DNA from: Spirochaetia bacterium
Lineage (GTDB): Bacteria > Spirochaetota > Spirochaetia > SZUA-6 > Bin103
NCBI GenBank assembly: GCA_965199955.1
Contig: CBDATQ010000002.1
Coordinates: 658,867 to 722,866, forward strand
DNA: 64,000 nt
Direction: 5' to 3'
Numbering within the stretch: position 1 is the stretch's first letter; each line of letters starts with the position of its first letter. Below the pieces are notes generated by a model, which searched no databases, was not told the origin of the DNA, and saw only the letters and a list, made by a program, of their open reading frames with translations. A program made the position numbers and the translations under genes. Positions 19,405 to 29,421 of the stretch are shown here, piece by piece.

Positions 19405-19579
19405 GGGTGTGCCGCCGCGCGGCGTCCCGCAGCCGCCAGCGCGGCTGAAATTCTGCAACGATCCGATCACGCCGTCCACTCGACGCCGGAAGGGTCTTCG
19501 CTGCTGCCTCTGCCGCCCGCTGACCTTGACCTCATCCCGCGCGCGTGCAACATTTGTCGGATTCAACTGGAGGAATCCC

Positions 19580-21478
19580 ATGACGAACCGGAAACTCATG
19601 TCGTGCGTGTCGGTACTGCTCGGTCTGGTCCTGATGGCACCGGGTATTTGGGCACAGATGCAGTACCAGGAATCACCGGCGCTGGCCGCGATGGTGCAGG
19701 AGGGGACGCTTCCGGCGGTTCAGGAACGGCTTCCCTCGGAGCCGATGGTGATCCAGACCGTCGAGGAAGTGGGCCAGTACGGCGGCCGCTGGACCTTCGG
19801 TATCCCGACGCAGAGCCAGTTGGGCGTGTACAGCTACGCCACCTACGACTTCGCGGCTCGCTGGAACCGCTCCGCCGATCAGATCATCCCCAACGTGATC
19901 CGCGAATGGGAGTTCTCCGAGGACGGCCGCACCATCACCATGTATCTGCGCGCCGGCATGAAGTGGTCCGACGGCCAGCCGTTCACGGCCGACGACATCG
20001 TCTTCTGGCTCGACGACTTCGTGCGCAACGACGACCTCTCGCCGGGCAAACCGGGCTGGCTGCTGGTGGCCGGCGAGCTGCCTGTCGGCGAAAAGATCGA
20101 CGACACGACGGTGAGCTGGACCTTCGCCGCGCCGCCGGGGCTGCTGCTGAACGACTTTGCCACCACCCGCGGCAACATCTTCGCGCCGAAACACTACATG
20201 GAGCAGTTCCACGCCGGGTTCGCCGACGCGGACAAGGTGCAGGCGATGGCCAAGGAAGCAGGGTTCGAGGACTGGACTCAGCTTTTCCGCAACAAGCGCG
20301 ACTGGTATCGGGCACAGAACCACGACTACCCGGTGTTGAACGCGTGGGCGGTCAAGACCTCCTTCGAGGACTCCCCGACACTGACGGTGTACGCCCGCAA
20401 TCCCTACTACTGGAAGGTGGATCAGGCCGGCAATCAGCTCCCCTACCTCGACGAGGTGGCCGTCGCCATCACCACGACGGCGGAGACGCTCAACCTGAAG
20501 ACCATGTCGGGCGAGTTCGACTTCCAGATGCGCTATCTGAATCCCGCCAACTACACGCTGTTCTACGAAAATCAGGAGCGCGAAGACTATCGCATCCTGG
20601 AGTGGCCGACCGGCATCGGCTCGGACGCCGCGCTGTTCTTCAACCAGTCGACTCCCGACCTGGTGCTGCGCGAGCTGTTCCAGGATCTGCGCTTCCGGCA
20701 GGCGCTGTCGCTGGCGATCGATCGCGAGGAGATCAATCAGCTCGTGTTCGACGGCCAGGGCCAGCCGCGGCAGGCGACCGTGGTGGAGCTGTCACCGCTG
20801 TTCAAGCCGGAATATGCCGCGGCGTACGCCGAGTACGATCCCGACCGAGCCAATCAGTTGCTCGACGCGATCGGGCTGACGCAACGTGACGGCGACGGCT
20901 TCCGGCTGCGTCCGGACGGCGACACCCTGTCCCTGCTGCTCGACTCTCCGGGCGAGAAGACGGCCACCATCGACTCCATCGAGCTGGTGATCGAGTACTG
21001 GGGCGACATCGGCATCAAGGCCAACTCAAACCACACCGAGCGCAGCGCCTATCGTGCGCGGCGCAACGCCAACGAGACGCAGATCAACGTGTGGGAGATG
21101 GGCTTCATGATGTATCCGAGCAACCCGCTCTTCCTGATCGCGTCATCGTCAGGCAGCGATTTCGGGCCCGATCTGGGAGTCTGGTACAACACCGGAGGCG
21201 CCGAGGGTCAGGAACCGCCGGAGGCGATGAAGGAGGCGCTGCGCGCTTACGACCAGATCAAGCAGACGCCGGACACCGAGAAGAAGAACGAGCTGTTCCA
21301 TCGCATCCTCGAGTTGCAGGCGGAGAACATCTGGGTCCTGGGTCTGGTCGGCGGAGTGAAGGAAACGCTGATCGTGAAGAACCACCTCCGCAACGTGCCG
21401 GACGAGTCGATCTTCGATTCTCTGGTAGGACGCTATATCGGACTGACCGCGGCGGAGCAGTACTTCATACGCCAATAG
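19580..21478 (+). CDS. ABC transporter substrate-binding protein, family 5
   Basis: GGAGG RBS, signal peptide, LPAVQERLP, LRAGMKWSDGQPFTADDI, RNPYYWKVD.GNQLPYLD, FRQALSLAIDREEIN. Confidence 0.93.
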   Translation: MTNRKLMSCVSVLLGLVLMAPGIWAQMQYQESPALAAMVQEGTLPAVQERLPSEPMVIQTVEEVGQYGGRWTFGIPTQSQLGVYSYATYDFAARWNRSADQIIPNVIREWEFSEDGRTITMYLRAGMKWSDGQPFTADDIVFWLDDFVRNDDLSPGKPGWLLVAGELPVGEKIDDTTVSWTFAAPPGLLLNDFATTRGNIFAPKHYMEQFHAGFADADKVQAMAKEAGFEDWTQLFRNKRDWYRAQNHDYPVLNAWAVKTSFEDSPTLTVYARNPYYWKVDQAGNQLPYLDEVAVAITTTAETLNLKTMSGEFDFQMRYLNPANYTLFYENQEREDYRILEWPTGIGSDAALFFNQSTPDLVLRELFQDLRFRQALSLAIDREEINQLVFDGQGQPRQATVVELSPLFKPEYAAAYAEYDPDRANQLLDAIGLTQRDGDGFRLRPDGDTLSLLLDSPGEKTATIDSIELVIEYWGDIGIKANSNHTERSAYRARRNANETQINVWEMGFMMYPSNPLFLIASSSGSDFGPDLGVWYNTGGAEGQEPPEAMKEALRAYDQIKQTPDTEKKNELFHRILELQAENIWVLGLVGGVKETLIVKNHLRNVPDESIFDSLVGRYIGLTAAEQYFIRQ

Positions 21479-21489
21479 CCCGAATCCTG

Positions 21490-21525
21490 CGGCGTGGTGG
21501 CGGCCATCCTCCGCCACCACCGCCG
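21490..21525 (+). terminator. GC-rich hairpin after the substrate-binding protein gene
   Basis: gtggtggcgg-ccatcct-ccgccaccac inverted repeat; no U-tract. Confidence 0.45.
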
Positions 21526-21584
21526 GGGACCACTGCCGCAGCTCAGCGCGCTGTGCCTGCCGGGGCCTGTGCGGCGGCCGGCAG

Positions 21585-21650
21585 CGCCCGAACTTGCCGG
21601 CGACCACAGCCGCTAGCACGTTGACGGTGCCGATGACGTTGATCCCGAAG
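21585..21650 (-). pseudogene. Tiny epimerase fragment; 28 bp identical to 15248-15275
   Basis: agcacgttgacggtgccgatgacgttga at 21615-21642; reads FGINVIGTVNVLAAVVAG. Confidence 0.6.
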
Positions 21651-21670
21651 GGTTCGGAAGGGTAGCCACG

Positions 21671-23154
21671 GTGGCCGGCCGAACGCGATCGCCCGCGCTG
21701 GTTCTGGTGACCGGGGCGAGCGGCTACGTCGGCGGCCGGCTGGTAGCCGCGCTGGAACGCGCCGGACGACGCGTACGGGTGTGACGCGGCGGCCGGAGCT
21801 CACCGCCGGCCGCTACGGAGCCGGCACCGAGATGGTCGCCGGCGACGTGCTGGACGCGGACAGCATGCGGCGCGCGATGGCGGGGGTCGGCCTCGCCTAC
21901 TACCTCGTGCACTCGCTCGGGTCGCGCGGGCACTTCGAGCAGGAGGAGGAGCGGGCGGCGCGGTCGTTCGTGGCCGCCGCGCAGGATGCCGGCGTGCGCC
22001 GGATTGTCTACCTGGGCGGTCTGGCGCGCCCCGATGAGCTCGCGCGGGAGGCGGGCGCCGGCGCGTCCGCGCACATGAGCAGCCGCCTGCGGGTCGGAGA
22101 GCTGTTGCGCGGCTCGGCCATCCCCACCGTGGAGTTTCGGGCCTCCGTCGTCATCGGCGCCGGCAGCCTGTCGTTCGAGTTGATCCGCGCGTTGGTGCAG
22201 CGGCTGCCGGTGATGGTCACGCCCCGGTGGGTGTCGGTCGAGGCGCAGCCGATCGCGATCAGCGACGTGATCGCCTACTTGGTGGCGGCGCTCGACCTGC
22301 CGCTGGACGGGTCGCGGGTGTTCGAGATCGGCGGGGCGGCGGTCACGTCGTACCGGGGCCTCATGGAGGAGTACGCACGCCAGCGGGGGCTGCGGCGACT
22401 GTTCGTGCCGGTGCCGTTCCTGACGCCGCAACTCTCCAGCCTGTGGCTGGGCCTGGTGACGCCGCTCTTCGCGCGCGTCGGGCGCAAGCTGATCGAGAGT
22501 ATCACCATGCCCAGCGTCGTCCGCGATCGGAGCGCGCTCGACGGCTTCGCGGTACGGCCGCGCGGGTATCGCGATGCGATTCGTCAGGCGCTGGCGGACG
22601 AGGATGCACGCCTGGTCGCGACCCGCTGGTCCGATGCCCTGTCCACGTCCACGGGCAGTCGGGGCTCCGGAGCCGGTACGCGGTTCGGGAACCGCCTGAT
22701 CGATTCGCGTGCGGTCACGGTGGCCGCTCCCCCGGAGCGGGCGTTCGTCCCGATCCGGCAGATCGGCGGGGGGCGTGGCTGGTACTACGCAAACGCGCTC
22801 TGGCGGCTGCGCGGCGTGGTGGATCGCATGCTGGGCGGCGTGGGGATGAAGCGAGGCCGCCGCGACCCCGAGAAGCTGCGCGCCGGCGACGTGGTGGACT
22901 GCTGGCGGGTGGTCGCGTGCGATGCGCCGCGGGTGCTGTCGCTGGAGGCGGAGATGCGGCTGCCCGGCCGAGCCTGGTTGAAGTTCGAGGTCACGCCCTG
23001 CGCGGAAGGCGCGAGCATACGGCAGACCGCGGTCTTCGATCCGATGGGGCTCGGCGGACTGCTGTACTGGTACGTGCTCTACCTCCCCCATCTCCTGATC
23101 TTCCGCGGAATGCTGGCGTCCGTGGCGGAGCGGACGGACTCGGCGGACGGATAG
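21671..23154 (+). pseudogene. SDR oxidoreductase with C-terminal DUF2867 (YbjT-like); one frameshift near 21781
   Basis: VLVTGASGYVGGRL in the upstream frame ends at TGA 21782-21784; YYLVHS, RASVVIGAGSLSFE, IGGGRGWYY, AEMRLPGRAWL in the next frame. Confidence 0.85.
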
Positions 23155-23165
23155 GCTTCGCTATC

Positions 23166-23210
23166 AGGAGAAATTTTCACTTAATCTGATTAATGAATGT
23201 TAATGTATAC
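23166..23210. promoter_or_regulatory. AT-rich patch resembling 311-355
   Basis: aggagaaattttcacttaatctgattaatgaatgttaatgtatac. Confidence 0.35.
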
Positions 23211-23317
23211 TCGCTCTCAGAGGTGAGAAGAGACGAGTGCGGCGCATAGCGAGCGGCCCATACCGTCCGGGCGCACCGGCGGCGTGCTGCCTTCGGTGCC
23301 GGCTTGATCCCACATGA

Positions 23318-23339
23318 ACAGCACATATATGCTGTATAT
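23318..23339 (+). promoter_or_regulatory. Palindromic operator candidate of the toxin-antitoxin operon
   Basis: ACAGCA-catata-TGCTGT at 23318-23335, overlapping ATATA-N5-TATAT, about 25 bp before the antitoxin ATG. Confidence 0.5.
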
Positions 23340-23360
23340 CAATCCATGCAGGAATGATGT

Positions 23361-23594
23361 ATGAAAGCTATACAGGTCAGTATCGACGAAGGGCTTCTGT
23401 CGGCGCTGGATGCCGATGAGGAGGTCCGGAGAGAGGGCAGGTCCGCTGTCCTGCGCCGCGCCGCGGCCGCCTACCTCCGCCGCAAGCGCGCCGACGACAT
23501 AGCACGCCGCTATCGGGAGGGTTACGCGCGGGGCGTCGCCGCGGACGAGTTGCGCGGCTGGGCGGACCGTGGGGCATGGCCGGAGGACGGTTGA
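23361..23594 (+). CDS. CopG/ribbon-helix-helix antitoxin
   Basis: MKAIQVSIDEGLLSALD..RSAVLRRA..YREGY; TGATG overlap with the toxin. Confidence 0.85.
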   Translation: MKAIQVSIDEGLLSALDADEEVRREGRSAVLRRAAAAYLRRKRADDIARRYREGYARGVAADELRGWADRGAWPEDG

Positions 23595-23920
23595 TGGCCA
23601 GCCGGGTGAACCGCGGAGAGGTATGGATGCATGACTTCCGCAAGCCGGACAAGCGCCGCCCGGTGGTGGTGCTGAGCCGCCAGGAGGTGATCCCGATGCT
23701 CGGTACCGTGATCGTGGCGCCGATCACGTCCACGATTCACGGCGTTCCCAGCGAGGTTCGGGTCGGCGTCGAGGAAGGCCTCAAGCGGGAATCGGCGGTC
23801 AACCTGGACCACGTACAGACAGTCGAGCGGTCGCACCTGCGCGGCTACGTCGGCGCGCTGGACGATCGCAAGATGCAACTGGTGTGCGCGGCGCTCGCCG
23901 TAGCGACGGCGTGCGACTGA
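23594..23920 (+). CDS. mazF: PemK/MazF-family mRNA interferase toxin
   Basis: RGEVW, DKRRPVVVLS, VIVAPITST, SAVNLDHVQTV. Confidence 0.92.
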   Translation: MASRVNRGEVWMHDFRKPDKRRPVVVLSRQEVIPMLGTVIVAPITSTIHGVPSEVRVGVEEGLKRESAVNLDHVQTVERSHLRGYVGALDDRKMQLVCAALAVATACD

Positions 23921-23927
23921 CCCGCGA

Positions 23928-25373
23928 TTACATCGGGCCGATGCGTTCCTCGCCCACGTCGACGGCGGCGCGCATTGAAGCGTCGAAGCTGCGCACCAGC
24001 AGATCGGACTTGACGGCGGCCGCGGCCGGATCGTCCCAGAGGTTGTCGAATTCGCCCGGATCGGCCTCCAGGTCGTAGAGCTCGCCGAGCGCGTGGCCAT
24101 GGTAGACGACCAGCTTGTGCGTCCGCGTGCGGTACATGGTGGCGTAGCTGCCGTCGGGGGCGTCGACGGCAGCGAAGTACTCGCTGCGCACCGCCTGGCG
24201 GCCGGCGCCGCCGTCCAGCAGGGAGCGGCCCTGCATCCAGGGCGGCACCGGCTGCCCCGCGGCCGCCAGCAGCGTGGGCGCCAGGTCGGTCAGCTCGACC
24301 AGATCGTCGGTGGCCCTGCCTGACTCGACGCGGCGCGGCCAGCGCAGGATCAGCGGCACCCGCACCAGCCCCTCGTAGAATCGGCAGCCCTTGCAGATCA
24401 AACCGTGGTCGCCGAGCGTCTCGCCGTGGTCGCTGGTGAAGATCACCAGCGTGTCCTCCGCCTGGCCGGACTCCTCCAGCGCGTCCAGCATGCGCCCGAC
24501 CTGATCGTCGATGAGCTCGACCATCGCGTAGTAGGCGGCCTGCAACGTCTTCGCGTCGCGGGCGAACGTCGCGGCGTCGGCCTCCTGCGCGGAGTCGCGG
24601 CCGGGGTAGTACGGCAGCACCGGATGGGCGATGTCGAGCGGGCCGGACGGGTCGCGCGCCTCGCTCTGGAAGTCGACGGCGCGCAGCCGGCGCTGTTGCT
24701 CCAGGTCGCTCGGCCGAAAGAGCGGGCCGGGCATCCGTTCCGGCTCGAAGCGGGCGCGGTACGCCGCCGGCGGGTTGAACGGCTCGTGCGGGTCGTAGAT
24801 GTTGACCGTGGCCAGCCACGGCGTCTCGGCGCCGCGGCGCTCGCGCATGAAGTCGATTGCGGCTTCCGCGCACCAGGTGGTCTGGTGCAGCTCCGCCGGT
24901 ACGCCCGCCGGGTCCTTGATCAGCTCGCCCAGGTCGTGGCCCTGCGCCCGCACCCAGTCGGCATAGGCGTGGCCCGACGGCCAGCCGTCGCGGGGTGCGT
25001 GGCTCCAGCGCCAGTAGCGGTAGCCGTCGTCGCCGCGCGGCTCGGGCCGCTCGTAGGCGCCGGCCAAGTGCAGCTTGCCGATCAGGCCGCAGTCGTAGCC
25101 GGCGTCGGCCAGCAGCCGGGTGACCAGCGGGTAGCGGCCGCGGTAACGCTCGTTGCCGTTGCGCGTGTTCTGGCAGGTGCTGGGGTAGGTGCCGGTCAGG
25201 AAGCTGGCTCGGCTCGGCGTGCAGATCGGGCTCTGGCAGAACGCGTGCGTCCAGGCGGTGCCCTCGCGCCACAGCGCGTCCAGCCGGGGCGTCCGCACGT
25301 GCAGATTGCCGCCGGCGCCGATGGTGTCGTAGCGCTGCTGGTCGGTGCAGATCCAGAGGATGTTGGGTGGCAT
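23928..25373 (-). CDS. Sulfatase-like hydrolase
   Basis: PNILWICTDQQR, CTPSRASFLTG, GKLH, DPHEPF, FTSDHG, DPGEFDNL. Confidence 0.93.
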   Translation of the reverse strand: MPPNILWICTDQQRYDTIGAGGNLHVRTPRLDALWREGTAWTHAFCQSPICTPSRASFLTGTYPSTCQNTRNGNERYRGRYPLVTRLLADAGYDCGLIGKLHLAGAYERPEPRGDDGYRYWRWSHAPRDGWPSGHAYADWVRAQGHDLGELIKDPAGVPAELHQTTWCAEAAIDFMRERRGAETPWLATVNIYDPHEPFNPPAAYRARFEPERMPGPLFRPSDLEQQRRLRAVDFQSEARDPSGPLDIAHPVLPYYPGRDSAQEADAATFARDAKTLQAAYYAMVELIDDQVGRMLDALEESGQAEDTLVIFTSDHGETLGDHGLICKGCRFYEGLVRVPLILRWPRRVESGRATDDLVELTDLAPTLLAAAGQPVPPWMQGRSLLDGGAGRQAVRSEYFAAVDAPDGSYATMYRTRTHKLVVYHGHALGELYDLEADPGEFDNLWDDPAAAAVKSDLLVRSFDASMRAAVDVGEERIGPM

Positions 25374-25536
25374 GGACGTTTGCGTACCTCGTCGGCGGCG
25401 ATACTACGGGAACGGCTCCTGCACCGCGAGTGTCGCCCAATGTGGCTGCAGGCGGAGTTGCACTCCTGACGGATGCCGGCGCTGCTCCTGCCGCACGAGG
25501 GATTGACCGCCTCTCCCGGTCACGTTAGGAGTACGT

Positions 25537-26172
25537 GTGGCCGCGACGCCCGAACCACCGCCGGCGGCGCCGTCCCCGCAGGAGGCGCTGTCCTCACTGC
25601 TCTGCGACGTTCTGCCTCCCCAGGGCGCGTGGAGTGACCGGGAGTACCTGTGGCTCACCGACCACACCAACCGCCTGATCGAGCTCGCCGACGGTGACGT
25701 CGAGGAGTTGCCCATGCCCACCGATACGCATCAGGCGGTACTCCTGTTCCTGTACCTGCAGTTCCGTGACTACCTTGGGCCGCGGGGCGGGGTTGTCCGA
25801 GTCGCCGCGCTGCGCATGCGCGTCCGCGAGGGGTTGTTCCGCGAACCTGACGTGCTGCTCCTCCGCAATCGCTCCGATCCGCGCCGTCAGGACCGCTTCT
25901 GGTTGGGTGCGGACCTGGTGGTGGAGGTCGTCAGCCCGGATGACCCGGATCGGGATCTCGTGGAGAAGCGCGCCGACTACGCGGCGGCCGGCATCCCGGA
26001 GTACTGGATCGCCGACCCGCGCGACGAGACCATCACGGTGCTTGCGCTGGCAGGCGATACCTACGTGGAGCACGGCGCGTTCGCGCGCGGCGAGGCTGCC
26101 ACGTCGCCGTCGTTGACAGGGTTCGCCACCGATGTCGAGGCCGTGTTCGACGCTCCGCAATCGGGCGCCTGA
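25537..26172 (+). CDS. Uma2-family (PD-(D/E)xK) endonuclease
   Basis: IELADG, REPDVL, ADLVVEVVSP, DLVEKRADYAAAGIPEYWIADP. Confidence 0.92.
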   Translation: MAATPEPPPAAPSPQEALSSLLCDVLPPQGAWSDREYLWLTDHTNRLIELADGDVEELPMPTDTHQAVLLFLYLQFRDYLGPRGGVVRVAALRMRVREGLFREPDVLLLRNRSDPRRQDRFWLGADLVVEVVSPDDPDRDLVEKRADYAAAGIPEYWIADPRDETITVLALAGDTYVEHGAFARGEAATSPSLTGFATDVEAVFDAPQSGA

Positions 26173-26188
26173 CGGCCGTCCCATCCGC

Positions 26189-26692
26189 ATGCGCGTCACC
26201 CTCCGCCGGCGCGAGCTTGCTCTGGACAAGCGCGGCTACCGCCATTGGATCGTCCTCGAGCGGCGGGTCGATTTGCGCCCGGAGCGCGCGGCGCTCCTGC
26301 TGTGCGACGTGTGGGACCGCCATTGGTGCCGCGGCGCCCAGGAACGGCTGAAGCGTCTCGTGCCTCGCATCGACCGCACCGCCCGCGCGGCCCGCGACCG
26401 GGGCATGCTGGTCGTGCACGCACCCTCCAGCACCATGCCGTTCTATGCCAATCATCCGGCGCGGCTGCGCGTGCTCCAGGCGCCGCCGGCAGCCGCGCCG
26501 GCCGAACGAACCCACCTCGATCCGCCGCTGCCGATCGACGGCAGCGATTCCTCCGACACGGACGGCGATCCGGCTGCCGAGGGCACCCGCCGTTGGCGGC
26601 GCCAGCACGCGGGGGTGTGGATCGACGGCGACCGAGATGCGATCGGCGACGACGGCCTCGAGCTCCTTGGGCTGTACCGGCAGCGCGGCATC
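26189..26692 (+). pseudogene. Isochorismatase/nicotinamidase-like protein, 3'-truncated and fused to an unrelated gene tail (26693-26802)
   Basis: AALLLCDVWDRHWCRGA, VVHAPSS, WRRQH, RQRGI, then similarity stops before the catalytic Cys region. Confidence 0.7.
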
Positions 26693-26786
26693 TCGCGTCC
26701 CTCGAGGAGTATGGCGCCGGTGAGGCTATGCAGGCGCTGTGGCGGTCCCTCGGCAGCGGCGCCGCCGGCGGGAGCTGGGCGCACGA

Positions 26787-27800
26787 CTACCTGGAACGGT
26801 AGCGGCCGGGGGCCGCGTCGCTCGGAGTGAGCTCGCCCACCAGTTGGTCGTCCGAGATCAACTCCACGGCCGGCGCGTCGAAGCGGCCGTAGCCGTTCCA
26901 GATCTTGAAGCCGACCAGCTCCTTGAGGCGCAGCGGAGCCTCGGCGGCCACCTCCGGCATCAGGCCCAGGGTGTAGTTCTCCTGCGGCCGGAACTGCGGG
27001 CCGCAGTAGGTGTTGAGCAGACCCATGCGCGGCTCGTCGGTCCGGTTGGTGCCGGACCCGTGCCACAGCCGGCCCTCGAAGAACATCGTCGTGCCTGCCG
27101 GCGCCTCGATCGGAACCACGTCCTCCTCCCGATACAGTCCCGGCTTCGGCTGCCGGCCGCTCAGGTGGCTGCCGGGCACCACGCGCGTGGCGCCGTTGTC
27201 GTCGTGGAAGTCCACCAGCAGCCACATGCTGTTCAGGGCCGCGGGCGGCGCGATCATGGCGGCGCCGTCGCGGACCTCGCCCGCCTCGGCACGGGTGATC
27301 GATCCCACCGGCAGACCGAACCGGCCCCTGGGCACCGGCGGCGGCATCCACCACGCGTCGGTGTGCAGCTCCATGGGCGCGGCCCCCTTGCCGATGATGT
27401 TGGCGGTGCTGCAGGAGAGCTGGTAGTGACTGCCCAGCACGTGCCCGGCCAACTCCAGGGCGTGCTCCATCAGCACGATGTCGCGGAAGATCCGTCCCTT
27501 GTTGAGCAGCATGAACAGGCGCTGGCTCACGCCGCCGGCCGCCGCCGTGAAGCGATCCTGGCGGACCGTCCCGTCGGCGTCGGCGAAAGCGCCCCAGTTC
27601 TTGTCGGGCGTCCCGTCCATGTACGCCACGCCCCGCTCCCGCTCGGCGGCCGCCTGGGCGGTCAGCCGCTCCTGAGCCTCGTGCAGCTCGGCGGAGGTCA
27701 GGGCATCCGCCAGCAGGCAGTAGCCGCTCCGCTCCAGGTCCGCCCTGCAGCGCTCCAGATCGGTGGTGAGGCGCGGACGCTCGGTCACGTCGATGCTCAT
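26787..27800 (-). CDS. PhyH-family dioxygenase
   Basis: LERSGYC, LHTD, NGATRVVPGSH, APAGT..FEGRLWHG, FRPQEN. Confidence 0.9.
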   Translation of the reverse strand: MSIDVTERPRLTTDLERCRADLERSGYCLLADALTSAELHEAQERLTAQAAAERERGVAYMDGTPDKNWGAFADADGTVRQDRFTAAAGGVSQRLFMLLNKGRIFRDIVLMEHALELAGHVLGSHYQLSCSTANIIGKGAAPMELHTDAWWMPPPVPRGRFGLPVGSITRAEAGEVRDGAAMIAPPAALNSMWLLVDFHDDNGATRVVPGSHLSGRQPKPGLYREEDVVPIEAPAGTTMFFEGRLWHGSGTNRTDEPRMGLLNTYCGPQFRPQENYTLGLMPEVAAEAPLRLKELVGFKIWNGYGRFDAPAVELISDDQLVGELTPSDAAPGRYRSR

Positions 27801-27806
27801 GCCGCC

Positions 27807-27965
27807 CTATCGGTCCTGGCCCTTAGCCGCCCGATGTTGCTCCAATGCTTTTCGCAGAGACGACATAGGCTGCTTCATCGTACCCTGATTCGTGAAGTGT
27901 TCCGAAACGCACTTTCCGCTATCGGCCATGTCGGCGATCTCGTCTGCCGTTGGCAGCCGATCGTC
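27807..27965 (-). pseudogene. Internally deleted CopG-type antitoxin-like remnant
   Basis: TADEIADMADSGKCVSEHFTNQGTMKQP joined to LRKALEQH; the central RHH part expected from memory of this family is absent. Confidence 0.4.
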
Positions 27966-28102
27966 TCGTGGCAAGCTGCTGTGGTTTCGATCCAACCCGA
28001 AGCGCATGGCGGAGTATAGCCGGTGAAGGAAGTGGCCGCCGTGGCGAGGGCTCGCTCCGGGCCGCCCACGGTCACTTGTCTCAGGACACCGGCCCCGCTC
28101 GG

Positions 28103-28150
28103 TTGACGACAGATCCGTTTGAAACGATATTGTTGCAAACGGATCTGTTG
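28103..28150 (+). promoter_or_regulatory. Sigma70-like promoter overlapped by a 44-bp palindrome
   Basis: TTGACG (28103-28108)-N17-GATATT (28126-28131); 28107-28150 is self-complementary with 3 mismatched pairs and abuts the GGAG RBS. Confidence 0.7.
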
Positions 28151-28159
28151 GAGATAGCG

Positions 28160-29417
28160 ATGTTGAGGAAGGGTGGAGGTATCTGGGTCGACGGAGACCG
28201 GTTCTTCGACCGGGAGGTCGAGGTGGAGGCGCTGACGGAACGCATCGCCGACGGCCGGCACACGCTGCTGACGGCGCAGCGCAGGATGGGGAAGACCAGC
28301 TTGGTGCGGGAGACTGCGCCGGTTGGCGGAGCAAGGCGACTCCGAGCCGCTCTTCGTCGATCTGGAAGGGTCTGATGGCCCAGAGGACGCCATAGCCGAG
28401 ATCGCGGCTCAGACTCTTGCCGCCCAGGGTTCCTGGCTCCCCATCAAGCGGACGTTCGCCAACCTTCTGACACAGGCCGGCGATCGCATCGAAGAGCTCG
28501 CGGTCGCGGAGCTGAAGGTCAAGCTGCGAGCCGGCATCGACCGCGGCAACTGGAAGGAGCGGGGCGACGCAGTCTTCAGGGCACTGGAGCAGCATAGGAA
28601 ACCCGTCGTGCTGGCGATCGACGAACTGCCGATCCTGGTCAACCACCTGCTCAAGGGACACGACTACCGCATCACGCCCGACCGCAGGCAGGCGGCGGAT
28701 GCATTCCTGAGTTGGCTCCGGAAGGTCGGGCAGGCGCATCGCACCGTCTGCCTGATCGTCTTGGGCAGCGTGAGCCTGGAACCGATCCTGCGGCAGGCCG
28801 GACTCAGCGCTCACGCGAACATCTACTCGCCATTCGAGCTGGAGCCATGGAGCGAGAAAACCGCCGTCGATTGCGTCGAAGCGCTGGCGCTGAACTACGG
28901 CCTGGACCTCTCGCTCGACGTACGGCAGAGGATGTGTCGGAAGCTGCGTTGTTGCATCCCGCAGCACGTGCAGCAGTTCTTCGACTATCTGCACGAGGAC
29001 TTGCGGAAGACCCGCAGCAGGGTCGCGGCGCCGGAAGACGTGGAGCGTGTGTACGACACGTACATGCTCGGCATCCGCGGTACGATCGACCTTGATCACT
29101 ATCGGAGCCGTCTAAAGATGGTCCTCGGCAGGGACGGGTGTCGGTTCGCCATCGAGCTTCTGACAGAGGCCGCAACCAGCGGCGGGATGCTCACCGACCA
29201 GGCGATCGGCCGCTATGATGAGTACTTCGGCTCTCTGGACGAATTCCTCGGCGCGCCAGTCACAGATGTGCTCCCGGTGCTGGAACATGACGGATACCTT
29301 GGGAGATTTCCGGGCGGCTACCGATTCGTGTCGGGTTTGATCGAGGACTGGTGGCGAGCCCGATTCGGCGCGCATTTCATACCCATCTCGGAACGGATGC
29401 CGCTCAGCGAGAGCTAG
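28160..29417 (+). CDS. STAND/AAA-like P-loop ATPase with C-terminal winged helix; one frameshift near 28313
   Basis: FFDREVE, Walker A TAQRRMGKTS (frame 1), then LFVDLE, Walker B VLAIDELP, IVLGS, LEHDGYL..YRF..LIEDWW (frame 2). Confidence 0.8.
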
Positions 29418-29421
29418 TCCG

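Noticed and set aside
21782-21784. TGA as selenocysteine or readthrough in the SDR gene
   Set aside because: Homology continues in a different frame, so this is an indel and not recoding.
25537-26172. Uma2 nuclease as the effector of the ATPase pair
   Set aside because: It is separated by unrelated genes, and Uma2 genes are typically scattered in many copies; nothing in the sequence links them.
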